62,569 nucleotides of DNA, filler included, from Collodictyon triciliatum (GCA_043381765.1; 31 parts of 31 records of this genome joined end to end with filler, not necessarily neighbours in it); one strand, 5' to 3'; counted from the whole stretch's first letter, positions 1 through 15,969 are shown. Notes: generated from the sequence alone by a model not told the origin. A program made the numbers and translations.

Positions 1-1930
1 TGTTTTGTTGTTTTGTTGTTTTGTTGTTTTGTTGTTTTGTTGTTTTGTTGTTTTGTTGTTTTGTTGTTTTGTTGTTTTGTTGTTTTGTTGTTTTGTTGTT
101 TCTTTTGAGGATGCGAGAGTCTCTGACTCCTCGTTCTTTAACTCTGGGGTATTCGCAAGAGTTGGCCGGCGACTCTTGAATGTTGTGCCAGCAACCGCAT
201 CCTAAAATACAGGTCAAGAGTAAATGAAGAGACTGTGCATTCGCTTTCAATCGATTGGTGCATTGGCGTTCTGGCTTCAGAAACGAAAGGAGAAGACAAA
301 CTGATTGATGTCCTTCAACTCTCATGTTTTCGTCGAGAGTCCAGTTCTACGAGAGCAGCCTTTATGGCAGGAGTGAGGTTTGGACAGAAATCTTTCGGTA
401 CCGACATATGTCCGCCAATGTAAAAATTTTCCATTCTTTTCGCGCCTTAAATCCACCAACAAGCCATTTTTTAAAATGAAATTTTGTTCAAAATTACAAT
501 GCCGCAATTTTTGAAGCCCAAATCCAACCAACAAACCACACCAAGAACCGTTCTAAAAAAAAAAACACGGCCTTAAAAAAACACGCCCAAATCATTCGAA
601 TCCTTTGTATTCTGAAATGAACTTCTTAGATAACGTTATCTCATACTTTGTGTAAGTTTGGGATTCATCAATATCCCAATTTGAAGACCAGGAAATTTAC
701 CGTTTTAGGACAAAAATTTATGCTCTTGAATCAAACATTCAATGAAACAAGAGTCATTCGTGCAAATTTCAAATCTTTCCGTTACTTCCAACGGTTTCTT
801 GTTCTGGAATCATCTAAGCGGGCTTCCCGAACAGGATATTCCGCTTTGACAAAAAACACCTTATTCACCGAAACCCGGTGTAAATATTGCCAATAATCGG
901 CGCTATAGCACATCTCTTCTCAGATCTAGTTTTGATAAATTTTGAAGAATATGACAACATATAGATATAATGTCATATATTAATTTTTGTCCATACTATA
1001 TTATTTACCCTAAATTATGTGTTTAACTAATATATTCCACATATGATCCATTCAATTGGTTTCGGGAAAAGGGCAAAACGCGTGAGACGCAAAGCCAGGC
1101 AAATGGTTTCAAAGGGAGTCAACACCGTGGGCTAGATGTTGCTAATGGAGAGTTGAGCATTGACGTGACACATATGTTTTAACAAATCGTAGGATTATCT
1201 GAAGATTATACGAAAAAAATTTGTTAACATTTTCCATATCTCTTCTGTGCGTGACAACCGCATAGAAACCAGTGTTTTCTTCCCTTAAAGCTTACATATA
1301 TTTGTTCTTTTTATTATGGATTGACTGATTTCGTCTACTTATTCTGCGGATCAAAGCTTAATAGAGATAATTTTTTATGAATACTACAGACACATTTTAA
1401 AATACATCTTTCGTGAAAAATGAAAACTATGAAAGAAAAAAGAAGTAACCAATCAGGAGGTGATGTGATAATCTAGTAGGCGCAGGAAGATATTAAAATG
1501 TGTGCCCTTCTTTTCCATTCATAGCGCCACAGTACCCTGGTCATATCCAGAACATCAAAACAAGCTTCTTATTTGAAAAGAACCGAACTTAAATATCCTA
1601 TAGTATGATTTTGATTTAGTATAAAATGTATAGTGAAGTAAATCTGGAAAAATACCATCAGAAGGCGATATGATAAGCAGGCAAGACGCCAAGACATTCG
1701 ATTATTGTTCACATTTAGTTTATATCTAAGACGTATAGAGTAGCATTCTGCGAGTTACAAACAAGCATCTTAGAAACCCATCCCTTTGTATGTCGATGGA
1801 GTCACTAGGTTGACGAAGTCCAGACATGTGTACTCACAAAAGACGCAGCAAAATAATATGGTTGAGGCAGTGCTGCGCCTTATACAAGTGGGGTAGAGAT
1901 AAGTAGATGGATGGTGTTTCGATTCGGCAA

Positions 1931-2030
1931 NNNNNNNNNNNNNNNNNNNNNNNNNNNNNNNNNNNNNNNNNNNNTTAATTAATTAANNNNNNNNNNNNNN
2001 NNNNNNNNNNNNNNNNNNNNNNNNNNNNNN
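1931..2030. other. Artificial contig-joining spacer (first of 30)
   Basis: N44-TTAATTAATTAA-N44 (stops in all six frames) recurs about every 2 kb; segment lengths fall steadily from 1930 to about 1912 nt. Confidence 0.98.
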
Positions 2031-3864
2031 TGATAATACTAATGATAATACTAATGATAATACTAATGATAATACTAATGATAATACTAATGATAATACT
2101 AATGATAATACTAATGATAATACTAATGATAATACTAATGATAATAACTATTAATAATAACTACTACTTAATTTAAGATTCGAAAACAAAAGACACATGA
2201 AAAAAAAGAACAGAAAAGAACAGAAAAGAACAGAAAAGAAGAGGAAAAACATATGAAAAAATTAGGAAAAATAGAGTGCCACACCAGGCCAACATCTAAA
2301 CATACGGCTCTCCACAACTTTGCTGTCTGGACGAACCTGCCTGACTCACTCGCTGAAAACGATGCGGTTGTGCTTTCTTCGATTCCCTGTGCCGCATCAG
2401 CGAGTCGATGCGATCCGTTGTGACGCCACCATTTCCAGAACGGGATTCCAGATTAGCACCGAATGCCCGAAAAACAAAGCTAGTACCGTACCTGAATAAA
2501 GGAAAATTGGCCTTGTTTGTTAGCGCGAGGGCATTTTTTTAAGATTGTTCTATTCTAAACCATGTAATGCGAAAAAAATGTGGTGATCACAGAGAGAGAG
2601 ACTTGAGAACTCGAGAGGAACAACAACAATAAAAAAGATATTCACAACATGAGTAAGAAAAAGTCTCTTTTGCTGAGAAACAAGCACACCAAGACAGACA
2701 AAGGACATGTCCCCCAGAAAATAATATTATTAAACTGGCGTTCTTTCCTTCTTCTCCCAACCCGCCGTATTCTGAAGCCGAAAAAAAAAAACACGATCGG
2801 AAAGAGGGATCCCCGAGAAGGACGAGATCGGCGCCACAGCCCTGCCCTAAGGAATGCCTACTGATCGTACGCAAACCGAGAAGGCCGACGCAGCCAACGC
2901 AGAGAGCGAAAAGGTCACTTTACCACATCCCTTACAACACAGGTTACGCACCGAGACACACCGACGACCAAGACGCCAGCTGCCACCGACCCGTGAGTCA
3001 ACAACCTACTAATAAGACGGAGCGGGCTCATTGAAACAAATAGTAATAAAGGGGAATAAAAAAGACCTATTGAACTCTAGCCATCGACCAACGGGCAGCA
3101 AGATAAGTATGTGTATAGTGCTCTGTATTAGTTGCTCTGATTCGTTCATCCGTTTCTTTTTCTTTTTCTTTTCCTTTTTCCTCTTTCCTTTATCCTATTT
3201 CTTTTATCCTATTTCTCTTTCTCTTTTCTTTTTTCTTTTTCTTTTTTCTTCGGTCTCATTCGGCCTGTAAATGGATAAACTTCATTACAAAGGTTGTGAC
3301 GAACTTGGTTTTATCCCTTCCAAGCACAACACTTTTTATACAACGAAAGTGTGCACATATATAGCAATTTATAGCACAGACAACCATAGAATTAAATCTG
3401 GACTGACAAAGCAGGAGCCTTGACGAATCCAAGAAACAACCTGAATAATATAATAGTATGATTAGTACATAACAAGGTTAAAAAACTTGATGATCTCATT
3501 CTATTCCTGTAATCAATTTATATTTTATTTTCATTTATGTAATATTAAAACTCAAAAATTCAAAAAAATACAAACAAGCCGTTTCCTTGGCCCAGATAGA
3601 ACCCACCCTGTATACCTGCCACCAAACATGCATATCAAAAAAGCATACTATCCACACTTGCATCGGTAATCATGTTGTTTGGGGCCGATATGTTGACTTT
3701 CAGTCGCAATGGCTATACGGCCGTCCTTTCGAACTCGCCGAATCGGCTCTCAGCGTTTCGTCTCAAATCACTTATAAAAAAAAACTTTGTGTGTCTGGTT
3801 GCCACAATGCGCACATTTTGAAAGTCTCGGTATATGCTTAATTTTACATAATTGATTTTATGCA

Positions 3865-3958
<94 letters not shown>

Positions 3959-4440
3959 NNNNNNNNNNNNNNNNNNNNNNNNNNNNNNNNNNNNNNNNNN
4001 NNTTAATTAATTAANNNNNNNNNNNNNNNNNNNNNNNNNNNNNNNNNNNNNNNNNNNNAAAAAAAAAGAAAACAAAAGAAAACAAAAGAAAACAAAAGAA
4101 AACAAAAGAAAACAAAAGAAAACAAAAGAAAACAAAAGAAAACAAAAGAAAACAAAAAGTAAACAAAAAGTAAACAAAAGAAAACAAAAGAAAACAAAAA
4201 GTAAACAAAAAGTAAACAAAAGAAAACAAAAAAAGAAAACAAAAAAAGAAAACAAAAGAAAACAAAAGAAAAGAAAAAAAGCAAAAAAGCAAAAAAAGAA
4301 AAATGAAAAAGAAAAACAAAGAAAAAGCAAGAAAAGAAAAAAGAAAAAGAAAAAAAGAACACACTGATAAAAATAAAATAAATACACACGAATTTTAAAA
4401 AAAAGAGTTTGAAAAAAAAAAGGCTTGTATTTTGTTGTAG

Positions 4441-4766
4441 CAACGCCAAACAGAACGATGGCACAGCGCCCAACCGTATTACGAGGACAGGATCCTCCGT
4501 ATGTTACAGAGATACTCGATCTTTTCGAAAAAGAAAAGGCTGCGCTCCAAAGCCTCGCAGAACAGATCAGGGCTGCCAGCGAACAACAGCAGCCTAATCC
4601 AACCAACGCTCCTTTTGCTGAGCAGCGCCTCTCCACAAATGAATGGGTACTTGTTTTCCACCCCCTCGTTTTACATGCTGATTAATTCCTTAAACTATTC
4701 CGTCACATCCGCCATAGTATATTACATCACATCATATCAAGCCCGTAACACTAGTTCAAATGGTAG
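4441..4766 (+). CDS. 3' exons of a hypothetical protein (...LSTNEW|FKW*)
   Basis: TAG acceptor at 4440, open exon to TGG|GTACTT, phase-compatible short last exon at 4755-4766; no family recognised. Confidence 0.35.
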
Positions 4767-5171
4767 TTGGAATATCGGCCCGATTTGCGAACCTCCAACT
4801 CAAAATCAAATTGAACATGAACCAGACTGCATACATAGGTCGCATCATTATATCCACCAATCAAACTACTCGGTGTTTGGCCTCCAGTTCTCATATCGAC
4901 AAGAAAGCAAATAAAAGAAGAAACATTGCGCACTGAAACCAAGATATTTGTATAAATCGACACCTCCAAACCCAACTTTCTCTCTTTTGGCCCTATCTTC
5001 ATATTCGCAAAAGGAACAACAGGATATAGTTTTGATCAAAACAAGCGCAACCAGTCAGCTTTAAGCACAAAATCATAAAGGACAGCAAAACTTTGACCCC
5101 ATTCAGTAACACAGCAGCGCGTTTGGGGTGTCTTTTATTATAATCCATAAGTCTCATTCCAAGAGACTTAC

Positions 5172-5845
5172 TTCACAAAAGAGCATCGTTTGGATGAGTG
5201 GGGCATATCGCGAGGCTGATTTTGCTCGAACTTTTCCCACGCGAATGAGCATATCTTCGATGTATTCCTCTGAAAATTCTCCATCCTCTCGTAGGACTTT
5301 GATGGTTTCATCGAATGGGCCTTGTCCCAGCCCATGAACGCACATCCTTCATCACAATGAGGAATAAAGAAAAAAAAAAGCGCGAGATTAGCCGCCATGA
5401 TTATTATTATTATTTTTTCAAAATTTTTTTTAGGAATAGTACTTTGAATCATGTTACAAGGCTTCCTATCAGCGTGTTCAGAATATTAGGGGAAGGAAGT
5501 TATGATATTGGGTCTTTGTTATCTTTGGAATTCTTATTTGATTTTTATTGACCAGTTCAATGACACTGGTAATCCCATTATGTATGAATAGTTTATAGAC
5601 TAAATATCGATAGGGTGTTCACAAAAGGGGTTTTTTTTTAGCTTCTTTCATTTGTTTTCTACTTTTCTCTATCAATAGTTGGCTCCTTTATAATGGTATA
5701 TGGTAAAAAGAACTGATAGCAACTTACGTCTGAAGCTTTTCTATTCTCTCTGCCAGTGGACCAGCGCCGGGCATTTCAATTTCATCTTCACTTGATTCGA
5801 AACCAGCGCTGCGGTTCCCGTCGCCTTTGCAATCGTCATCGACCC
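5172..5845 (-). CDS. C-terminal helical domain resembling NIMA-related kinase (NEK1/4/5-type) tails, partial
   Basis: Two phase-compatible exons give PLAERIEKLQT|MCVHGLGQGPFDETIKVL...YAPLIQTMLFCE after an acidic linker; the kinase domain is not in the contig. Confidence 0.5.
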
Positions 5846-6317
5846 CTTTTGTTTTTTTATTTATTTTTAAAGAATATAAAATAATGGAAGAACAAAATAA
5901 ATCGGGGGGGGGGGGGGGGGGAAAAAAGAAAAAAAAAGGGGAAGTGAAAAAAAAAAAAAATAAAAAAAGAAAAATATAGAAGAAAANNNNNNNNNNNNNN
6001 NNNNNNNNNNNNNNNNNNNNNNNNNNNNNNTTAATTAATTAANNNNNNNNNNNNNNNNNNNNNNNNNNNNNNNNNNNNNNNNNNNNAAAGAGAGAGAAAA
6101 AAGAGAGAGAAAAAAGAGAGAGAAAAAAGAGAGAGAAAAAAGAGAGAGAAAAAAGAGAGAGAAAAAAGAGAGAGAAAAAAGAGAGAGAAGAAAGAGAGAA
6201 GGAAAAGAGAAAAGGAACAACAGAGTTTGACGCGTTTAAGTACTATTTATTTTCGATACAACAATACTATTCTTGGTGTGTATGTGTCTCTGCATAACCA
6301 TCAAAATGAAAGATTAC

Positions 6318-7916
6318 TTTGCCGCCAAAGTGTAGTTCGTAGAGGCATGCCTGCGAGAAATGGATGAAATCTTAGGCTTACGTCAATAAATCGATATTTA
6401 CTAACTAGATTAATATATGGTGGTTTTCTCCCAATTCTTGGACGTTTTAAAAGTCACAAAGATTATTTTTGAAAAAACAAAAGTTTATCAATTTATTCTG
6501 CCATACGACTCGTTTCCCAAACGCAGATGGAGCTTTGCCAATAGGAGATTCACAGACTTTGGGCGGTGAGCGGATGGTATGCTCTCCAACTGGAGATATG
6601 AGTTCAAAAAACAGACAGAAATTTTAAAAAAAAATCCCTTTAATAATAATGCTAATAACAAAGATGTTAACTGATATGTTATCAAACATCTCAAATAAAG
6701 CCTGGGGTGTATATATATATATATATATATATATGCTGCTGGCTTACATAAATTTAATTATGTTTGTGACAGAAGTATAATATAAACAACAACAACAACA
6801 ACAACAAAAAAAGAAAAAAAAAAAACAGGAACAAAACAAAACCGTTTCCAGGGCGCTTCTGTCTTCGTCTAATAGCATGTGGCACTGGGATATCTTCACA
6901 AGAATCTGGGCGCTGGTTGCAGCTGATGAAGGGAGTTTAGATTTGCCTGATTGCGTGATTACTTCGTTTGCCTCTTGGTATATCAACTACATGTGTTACA
7001 AGCACCAGACCCACAACGAAGGTGGACCGTAAGTCATATGCGGTTGATGCCAGGTGAGAGAAGAAAAAATAGAAATGGAAGATATAAAGCAATAAATAAA
7101 TAAAATTCAAGAAATAAGTTCATGGGACAGACTAGGTGCAGTATCACATGAGTGATTATATGCTGGTGAATCTCTTCGTGTAAATGAGACATGAGAAATA
7201 CAAAATTAGGTGGGTCATGTATATTTGCAATATTGTTTGTAATGTAATGAAAACTGTACGATAGCCCGACTGTGGTAATTCAAGTGATACAGAGCATCTC
7301 CATATTCGACAAGAAACAAGGCATACGACCGGGGATGTGTGCCACAGGAGTGGTTTGGGTTTTTGGCCCTCCACTCTGATAAAAATAGAGATGCCTTCGC
7401 AGAATACAGGCCATAATGCAAAAATAAAAAAATGATGTTAAAACTATTGACGATTTTTGAATACTTTTAAAAAAGCAAATATATTAAAAAAAAACAGCAA
7501 AAACAGTAATAATAATGGTTATTTGCATAATAACTACAAGATTTTGGAGGCTATTAGTACACAGTCAGGATAGATACCATGTCATAAAACAAATAGGAGA
7601 GATAAAATAGGGAAAGAAAGAGATCCAATATTCGCTATTCATGCGGCTTATATATTTGCCTACAAGCCTCAAGAGTAGCGAGAGACCAAAATCAGACTTC
7701 TTTCAAAGGCTTACTCGCTAATGGGATGAGTTACAGTCTCGAGATGAATATGGAAACAAACGCACCAACATCTCAGTGGATTGATACATGAAACAAGAGT
7801 TGAGCTCGGTGACCTCGGCCAAAACTCCGTCCCACAGACTGTCCGTGGCCGCCATAGCCGATCCGCGCTTCACTTTGATCTGATGATAACGGTCCAAGAT
7901 GTAGGTCTCAACTTGT
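6318..7916 (-). CDS. ANAPC7: Anaphase-promoting complex subunit 7 (TPR), N-terminal exons
   Basis: Five GT-AG-joined exons: FLVEYGDALYHLNYHSRAI, ILVKISQCHMLLDEDRSALET|LESIPSAHRPKSVNLLLAKLHLRLGNES; matches the APC7 pattern LDGIPSRQRTPKINMMLANLY. Confidence 0.8.
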
Positions 7917-8181
7917 CTACAAAAAACAAAAGCAAAAGCAAAAGCAAAAACAAAAACAAAAACAAAAACAAAAACAAAAACAAAAACAAAAACAAAAACA
8001 AATAATAGCGTTGNNNNNNNNNNNNNNNNNNNNNNNNNNNNNNNNNNNNNNNNNNNNTTAATTAATTAANNNNNNNNNNNNNNNNNNNNNNNNNNNNNNN
8101 NNNNNNNNNNNNNTTCTTTTTCTTTTTCTTTTTTTTTTTTCTTTTTATTCTGGATAAATTAGAATAGCTCTGTCATATAGA

Positions 8182-9792
<1,611 letters not shown>

Positions 9793-9971
9793 ATGATGAA
9801 CCTATTTTGATAGAGCTGCAGTTTAGTTCCATGTTATTATAGTAGTTGAATTTTTATTGAAGACCCTTCATTTTTCTTCAAGATATATCTTTGATTCATT
9901 TTCTCTTTCTCTTTCTCTTTCTTTTTTTCTTTCAGGATTTAGGTGTTTAGTCGCGCAAAATCGAATGAGTT

Positions 9972-10040
<69 letters not shown>

Positions 10041-10140
10041 NNNNNNNNNNNNNNNNNNNNNNNNNNNNNNNNNNNNNNNNNNNNTTAATTAATTAANNNN
10101 NNNNNNNNNNNNNNNNNNNNNNNNNNNNNNNNNNNNNNNN

Positions 10141-10924
10141 GGGATTGAGATTGGGATTGGGATTGGGATTGGGATTGGGATTGGGATTGGGATTGGGATT
10201 GGGATTGGGATTGGGATTGGGATTGGGATTGGGATTGGGATTGGGATTGGGATTTTAACTTGAATCTTGATTCAGAATTAGATTTCGTCTCAGAATCAAA
10301 ACCAGATGTGATGTGAGACCTAATTATGGATTCAGTTGTAATAAAAGAATTCAAAAGAGTACTTGACTTTGATGCTGAATTTGGGAACGATAAAATTTCC
10401 GATGGGATATCTGATGGAATATCTGATGGAATATCTGATGGAATATCTGAAGGAATATCTGATATTTCACCTGAAACTTCAAATCCACTGGGAGAAATAG
10501 AATCAATAGTTTCGCATCCGTCTTCGCATGTTGATGTAGCGAAAACAGAAGCACTATGAGACTCTGATTCTGTTTCTGAAACTGTCAGACCTTCCTTCAA
10601 AAAAGAAGCATTAGGCCTCTGGCGAAATTTATCTTTAGGCAAACGGTAGGGACCGGCTTCGTAATCTAGTGATCTATTAGCAAAGTGGATATTGCTAGGT
10701 TTGCATTTGTCAAGATTATCCGATAACTTCATTGATATTGGAACTAGTGACTCAGACTTTGGCTGGGTAAATGACCTAGAAAATGCTTCCGACCTGGATT
10801 TTGATTTGGGATATAATTTTTGTTGCTTCAGTGTAGGGTTAGAAACGTCTTGATCTTTACTCGAGACCATGGATGAGCTAATACAATTTCGTTTTAGATT
10901 TTCGTTATTTACAAATATATACAT
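10141..10924 (-). CDS. Hypothetical Ser-rich low-complexity ORF with (DIPS)n and (SQ)n repeats
   Basis: More than 260 open codons in AT-rich DNA; the repeat units (12 and 6 nt) preserve frame. Confidence 0.5.
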
Positions 10925-11199
10925 TTTCTTTTTGCTCCAATGTGCCTTAAGGGTAAAATATATATTTTCGTATCTCGTACACTAAAAATTATTCATACGT
11001 AAGGTTCTGTAGCTGTTGATTATCTTGAGTAAGATTGACCGGCTGGATTTGACGAACATTCGCGATTAAAATATTCCTCTCTGATATAAATATTTTTGAT
11101 CATAATTAATAGTATATGGAAATGCGGAAATATATAACAATATCCGTCTATCTATAATATGCAACTTCAAAATATTGGCAATGACAAATTGATGTTAAT

Positions 11200-11792
11200 A
11201 TACCCCCACCCAACAGTCTCATAAATGAAACTTCAGGTAAAAACACAACGTCCACAGTGTCCGCAAATATGACGACTCGGGCGACCCTGGAGCTTGAAGA
11301 TGAATTCACCTCAGGCTTGTGGGAAGAATACACCGGTTGAAACTCGAACGACCACTTTTCTGATGTGACCTTTTTATCTTTTCCACAAAAATCGACTGAC
11401 GGAATATAAGCTGCGTTTTCGACCTCAACATTAAGTGAAGCGCATCCGTCGACAAGAAAGAGTGTTTGTAGATATACAGTAACAATCAAGCTTTCATTTT
11501 TTTTTGAATCGCATCGATCCAGGTTGCCGGTCTTTACAGCTTGAGAGAACAGAAGACTGAAAAGAGGCACTGTAGAATATTTGACTCGCAGAGCTATGGA
11601 CAATGTGGCATTGTCGGAAGAGATTCGGATATCAGGGGTCGCATTAAGAGGAAGATCGACAAGGGTTGGGTCAAAAGGTGTCTCGGCGCACGAGGCAGTC
11701 ATTGTTGTAAAGAGTAACCAAGTCAAACATAAGCGCAGTGCATAGGATACGGACATAGCAAATGCCTTTGCTGGCGTGCATAGGTGCTGCAT
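11200..11792 (-). CDS. Hypothetical protein exon, possible signal peptide
   Basis: Long open frame with a hydrophobic N-terminal stretch (ALRLCLTWLLFTTMTASCA); no family recognised; lower boundary approximate. Confidence 0.4.
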
Positions 11793-12419
11793 TTGCTCGC
11801 CCTTAGGGCAGCCAATATTTGGTGAGTCGGCGACGGCACCCAATGCGCGGTTTTCTGCTCTTTAAAGGTTAAATGGTGAATAGATATAATTTGCAGAAAA
11901 TTAATTTCATTAAGACATTTTTTGAAGTCCTTTAGTTTGTTTGTTCCTTTTTGTGCATGAATGCATGAATGCATGAATGTATGTATGTATGTATGTATGT
12001 ATGTATGTATGTATGTATGTATGTATGTATGTATGTATGTATGTATGTATGTATGTATGTATGTATGNNNNNNNNNNNNNNNNNNNNNNNNNNNNNNNNN
12101 NNNNNNNNNNNTTAATTAATTAANNNNNNNNNNNNNNNNNNNNNNNNNNNNNNNNNNNNNNNNNNNNAAAAAGAGAGAAAAAGAGAGAAAAAGAGAGAAA
12201 AAGAGAGAAAAAGAGAGAAAAAGAGAGAAAAAGAGAGAAAAAGAGAGAAAAAGAGAATAAAGAGAATCAAGAGAATAAAGAGAATCAAGAGAATCAAGAG
12301 AATCAAGAGAATCAAGAGAATCAAGAGAATCAAGAGAATCAAGAGAATCAAGAGAATCAAGAGAATCAAGAGAATCAAGAGAATCAAGAGAAAAGAATGA
12401 GTATGCAAAAAAATCAAAC

Positions 12420-13292
12420 CAATCTTGGAGATCTTCGAGTAGTTGTTCTCTATCTGCAATTTTTTTCTCATAGCTTCCAATCATAGCAGTCACTCGACCT
12501 ACATCATTTGCACATACTTTTACAGTCTCATTCTTAATGCTTCTTCGTTGAGTTCTGTCAGTACTTTTTAATTGATAATCATAATAAGTATGTATTATCA
12601 GATTTAAAACCATCACCATACAAAGAATTCTGACTGAGGGAAAAAATCACCAGACCTTTACTTGACTTCATTGTCCGTATTGCATCCATATCAGCCACAT
12701 TCTTATCTTTTCCAAACTCTGCCTCCTGGACAAACGCTCTGATTTCGTCTCTGTTGAACTCTGTCAAGGCCCTGACAAAAAGTGAAGCCATCAGTTTGAA
12801 ATTCTGTGGCCTTCATACATGAAGTTTCAGAGTCATAGGACACTGTTTGATAACTCAGTTTAACACGACATATCGTCAAGGCCTTACATGGAAACCCGTT
12901 CATTGATTTCATCAAGTGTTTTGGTTGTCTCCTTGACCCGATGGAGTTGTTCTCTTGCAATATCCAATGCCTTATTGTAATTTGGATGTTATCTTGTAAA
13001 GGGAGACAACCATACCATATTTGATTTACTTAATTTATCATACGGACATAAACATAAATATCAAAGCGATTCACGAACATGGTCGTTGAGTTTCTGCTTT
13101 CTGACATCCACCTCGATGTTTTCAATTTCTTGTGTGTTGACAGCAAATAAACTGATGTCCACAGGGTTATTTCTGATGTACGAGCGTATATCTGTACGAC
13201 TGCCCCCAGGTTCAACCCATCCACGAACAGATTTCGTATCGCTCGGTCGGCTTTGAGGACGTGGGGCATATGTTCTTGCAGCATAAAAGAGT
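12420..13292 (-). CDS. Hypothetical coiled-coil protein, internal exons
   Basis: Four phase-compatible GT-AG exons: ...KQKLNDH|ALDIAREQLHRVKETTKTLDEINERVSM|PQNFKLM...KSSK|GRVTAMIGSYEKKIADREQLLEDLQDW. Confidence 0.5.
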
Positions 13293-14619
13293 CTTAGAAA
13301 AATACCAAAAGCTTTATTTGCCCAATTTTTCTTTCCAACAAGGCATTCTTATGGTAAGTATTTGATTAAAGATATTTTTTTTAAAAAAAAATATAGGAGG
13401 TGTACACTTGTGGAAGGGCCGTGTGGTGTTTCGTTGGGGAAGGCATTGGGGGTAGTTTCTTTGCTCTCTGTATTTTGATGGCCTGCTCTTGGAAACACGA
13501 TTTTAATCAGACAAAATTCAACACTCAAATCTGAATGACGACACACTCGATGTTGAAATGAGTAAAAGAGACACCATGAGCATTGATTCTCCACTAGACT
13601 GAATTATGTTCACAAAATACGGGTTCAGGAAATAACTGCACATAAATATGCGACAAGATGAAAGGAAAAACGCGGTAGCTAATCAGCATAACGCGGCTGT
13701 CACTTAACTGGAACAGGTGACCTTTCCATACCTCTACGGTCACGTCTCTCAGATTCCGTCCCCCCAGAGCCTACTGACATCGCCGCTACATAATAAAAAT
13801 GCGAGAATTATGTTTTTTTTTTTAAAAAAAATTACCATGAAATAAATATTAGATACTGATTAAGAAAAGGCAATGACGAAAGAAAAAGTATGGAAAAGAT
13901 CTTATAAAAAGACCGAAAACGGGGAGGAGTATAAAAAGAAAAGGGAAAATGGAAGAGATTATGAATAGGTAATGAAAAGAGAAGGGCACAAATAGAAAAG
14001 AAAAGAAAAGAAAAGAAAAGAAAAGAAAAGAAAAGAAAAGAAAAGAAAAGAAAAGAAAAGAAAAGAAAAGAAAAGAAAAGAAAAGAAAAGAAANNNNNNN
14101 NNNNNNNNNNNNNNNNNNNNNNNNNNNNNNNNNNNNNTTAATTAATTAANNNNNNNNNNNNNNNNNNNNNNNNNNNNNNNNNNNNNNNNNNNNAGAATAA
14201 AAAAGAAGAATAAAAAAGAAGAATAAAAAAGAAGAATAAAAAAGAAGAATAAAAAAGAAGAATAAAAAAGAAGAATAAAAAAGAAGAATAAAAATGATGA
14301 TATTATATTTATATATATAGTTACATAAATATAATATCAAATGAATAATAAAAAAAGAATAAAAAGAGTTAAAAAACACCGAACTATGACATAAATATTT
14401 GCAAGGCGGCATTCTGTGGGAACATATCGGCCTTGAAGTAGAAGTTTATGTATGCATGGGTACATGCAAATAATGACAGCAAACACGGCCATAACATAAA
14501 GCATATGAGTGACTTAAAAGTCATGCAGACCCAGAAAACATGTGGAGATGCAGAATGAGCGCGTTTAATCAGATTGCGTAACACAGCCAGTGAAGAGTTT
14601 CAATGTGGCTTGAAAACAA

Positions 14620-15062
14620 NNNNNNNNNNNNNNNNNNNNNNNNNNNNNNNNNNNNNNNNNNNNNNNNNNNNNNNNNNNNNNNNNNNNNNNNNNNNNNNNN
14701 NNNNNNNNNNNNNNNNNNNNNNNNNNNNNNNNNNNNNNNNNNNNNNNNNNNNNNNNNNNNNNNNNNNNNNNNNNNNNNNNNNNNNNNNNNNNNNNNNNNN
14801 NNNNNNNNNNNNNNNNNNNNNNNNNNNNNNNNNNNNNNNNNNNNNNNNNNNNNNNNNNNNNNNNNNNNNNNNNNNNNNNNNNNNNNNNNNNNNNNNNNNN
14901 NNNNNNNNNNNNNNNNNNNNNNNNNNNNNNNNNNNNNNNNNNNNNNNNNNNNNNNNNNNNNNNNNNNNNNNNNNNNNNNNNNNNNNNNNNNNNNNNNNNN
15001 NNNNNNNNNNNNNNNNNNNNNNNNNNNNNNNNNNNNNNNNNNNNNNNNNNNNNNNNNNNNNN
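14620..15062. other. Internal scaffold gap
   Basis: N run without the TTAATTAATTAA tag. Confidence 0.95.
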
Positions 15063-15148
15063 AAAAAACAAAAAACAAAAAGAGAAATGGATTCCAGATG
15101 AACTCCTCCTTCAGTAAATGAAGGCACAATACGCACTGAAATTCATAC

Positions 15149-15969
15149 CTTAATGGACTTCATTGCATCCTGCATTCTTTTGAGAGGTGTCCCGTCAGCA
15201 ATCTCTTGAGATTTTGTCTCTGTTGCATTCTGAAGAATTGTATGCATATACTTCTCAAAACAACATCACACAAAACAATCGCAAAGCCATCGCGTTTTGA
15301 ATTTTCACTGTTTTGATTACCTTCACGGACTCGACCTCAGACTGAATTTGAGATAGTGTGGTGGACAAAGAGGTGAGCTTCTGGGACGAGTTCTCGTATA
15401 GGCGACTAGTTTCTTGGAGTTTTGTTGCGTTCTCTTGATAGTCCTTCCGCTGCGTTCACAAAAACACATAATTATCAACTCAATTATAGATTGCCGTATA
15501 TATACCAACATACATTCTTCTTTCACAAATGTATATTTTTAAGGAGCCATTTCTATCGCATGTTAGAGAAATGTTTACCAAAGTGGCAAACTTTTGGTTC
15601 ACAGTCTCTTCCCTCTGGGAGACCACAGTAAAATCGCGGTTCACTTGCTTTCCAAGGCCGTCAAACCCGTCCTTAACCAGTGGAGTGTGCTCTGTAAAAA
15701 TCTGTAGGATACTCATAGTAAGCAGTTCTTTCATTTCTATAAAAATGTCTTAAATGCTCCTCTATTCCCTTCCATGGTCTTGTTGACATAGGAGGAAAGA
15801 GTGTGATTACTATGGGTCGTCAAAAGATATAAAACTTCCAGACACATAGGTTAATTTCTGATAATGTTTTAACCCATTCCATTCACACCTTTTTGACTTG
15901 ATGGCAGGTTTCTAATCTATATTCCCATCGCATCGTATCTTTAACAACTACTTTCAAACTTCCTGATAC
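15149..15969 (-). CDS. IFT57: Intraflagellar transport protein 57, C-terminal coiled-coil exons
   Basis: Four phase-0 exons: VSGSLKVVVKDTMRWEYRLE...|IFTEH...VVSQREETVNQKFATL|RKDYQEN...EVESVK|NATETKSQEIADGTPLKRMQDAMKSIK; collinear with IFT57 motifs LKVTI..DWR.H, ISSREKYIN and MTDGAPLVKIKQAL. Confidence 0.8.

Noticed and set aside
103-115. TTTGAGGATGCG shared with about 41009-41020
   Set aside because: Only about 12 nt with no extension; expected by chance.
1975-1986. Regularly spaced TTAATTAATTAA as a CRISPR-like or biological repeat
   Set aside because: Always embedded in N runs; it is a concatenation linker. Gene adjacency across spacers is meaningless.
4003-4636. Phe/Lys/Ile-rich and X-containing ORFs in the ORF track
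   Set aside because: Translations of microsatellites and N gaps.
5441-5450. ACTTTGAATC as a fourth copy of the short retroposon
   Set aside because: A 10-nt match without AATAAA, A-tail or TSD.
10141-10254. (GGGATT)n as a telomere
   Set aside because: It continues in frame as (SQ)n of a Ser-rich ORF, the G-rich strand points into the contig, and it is one of many different contig-end microsatellites.
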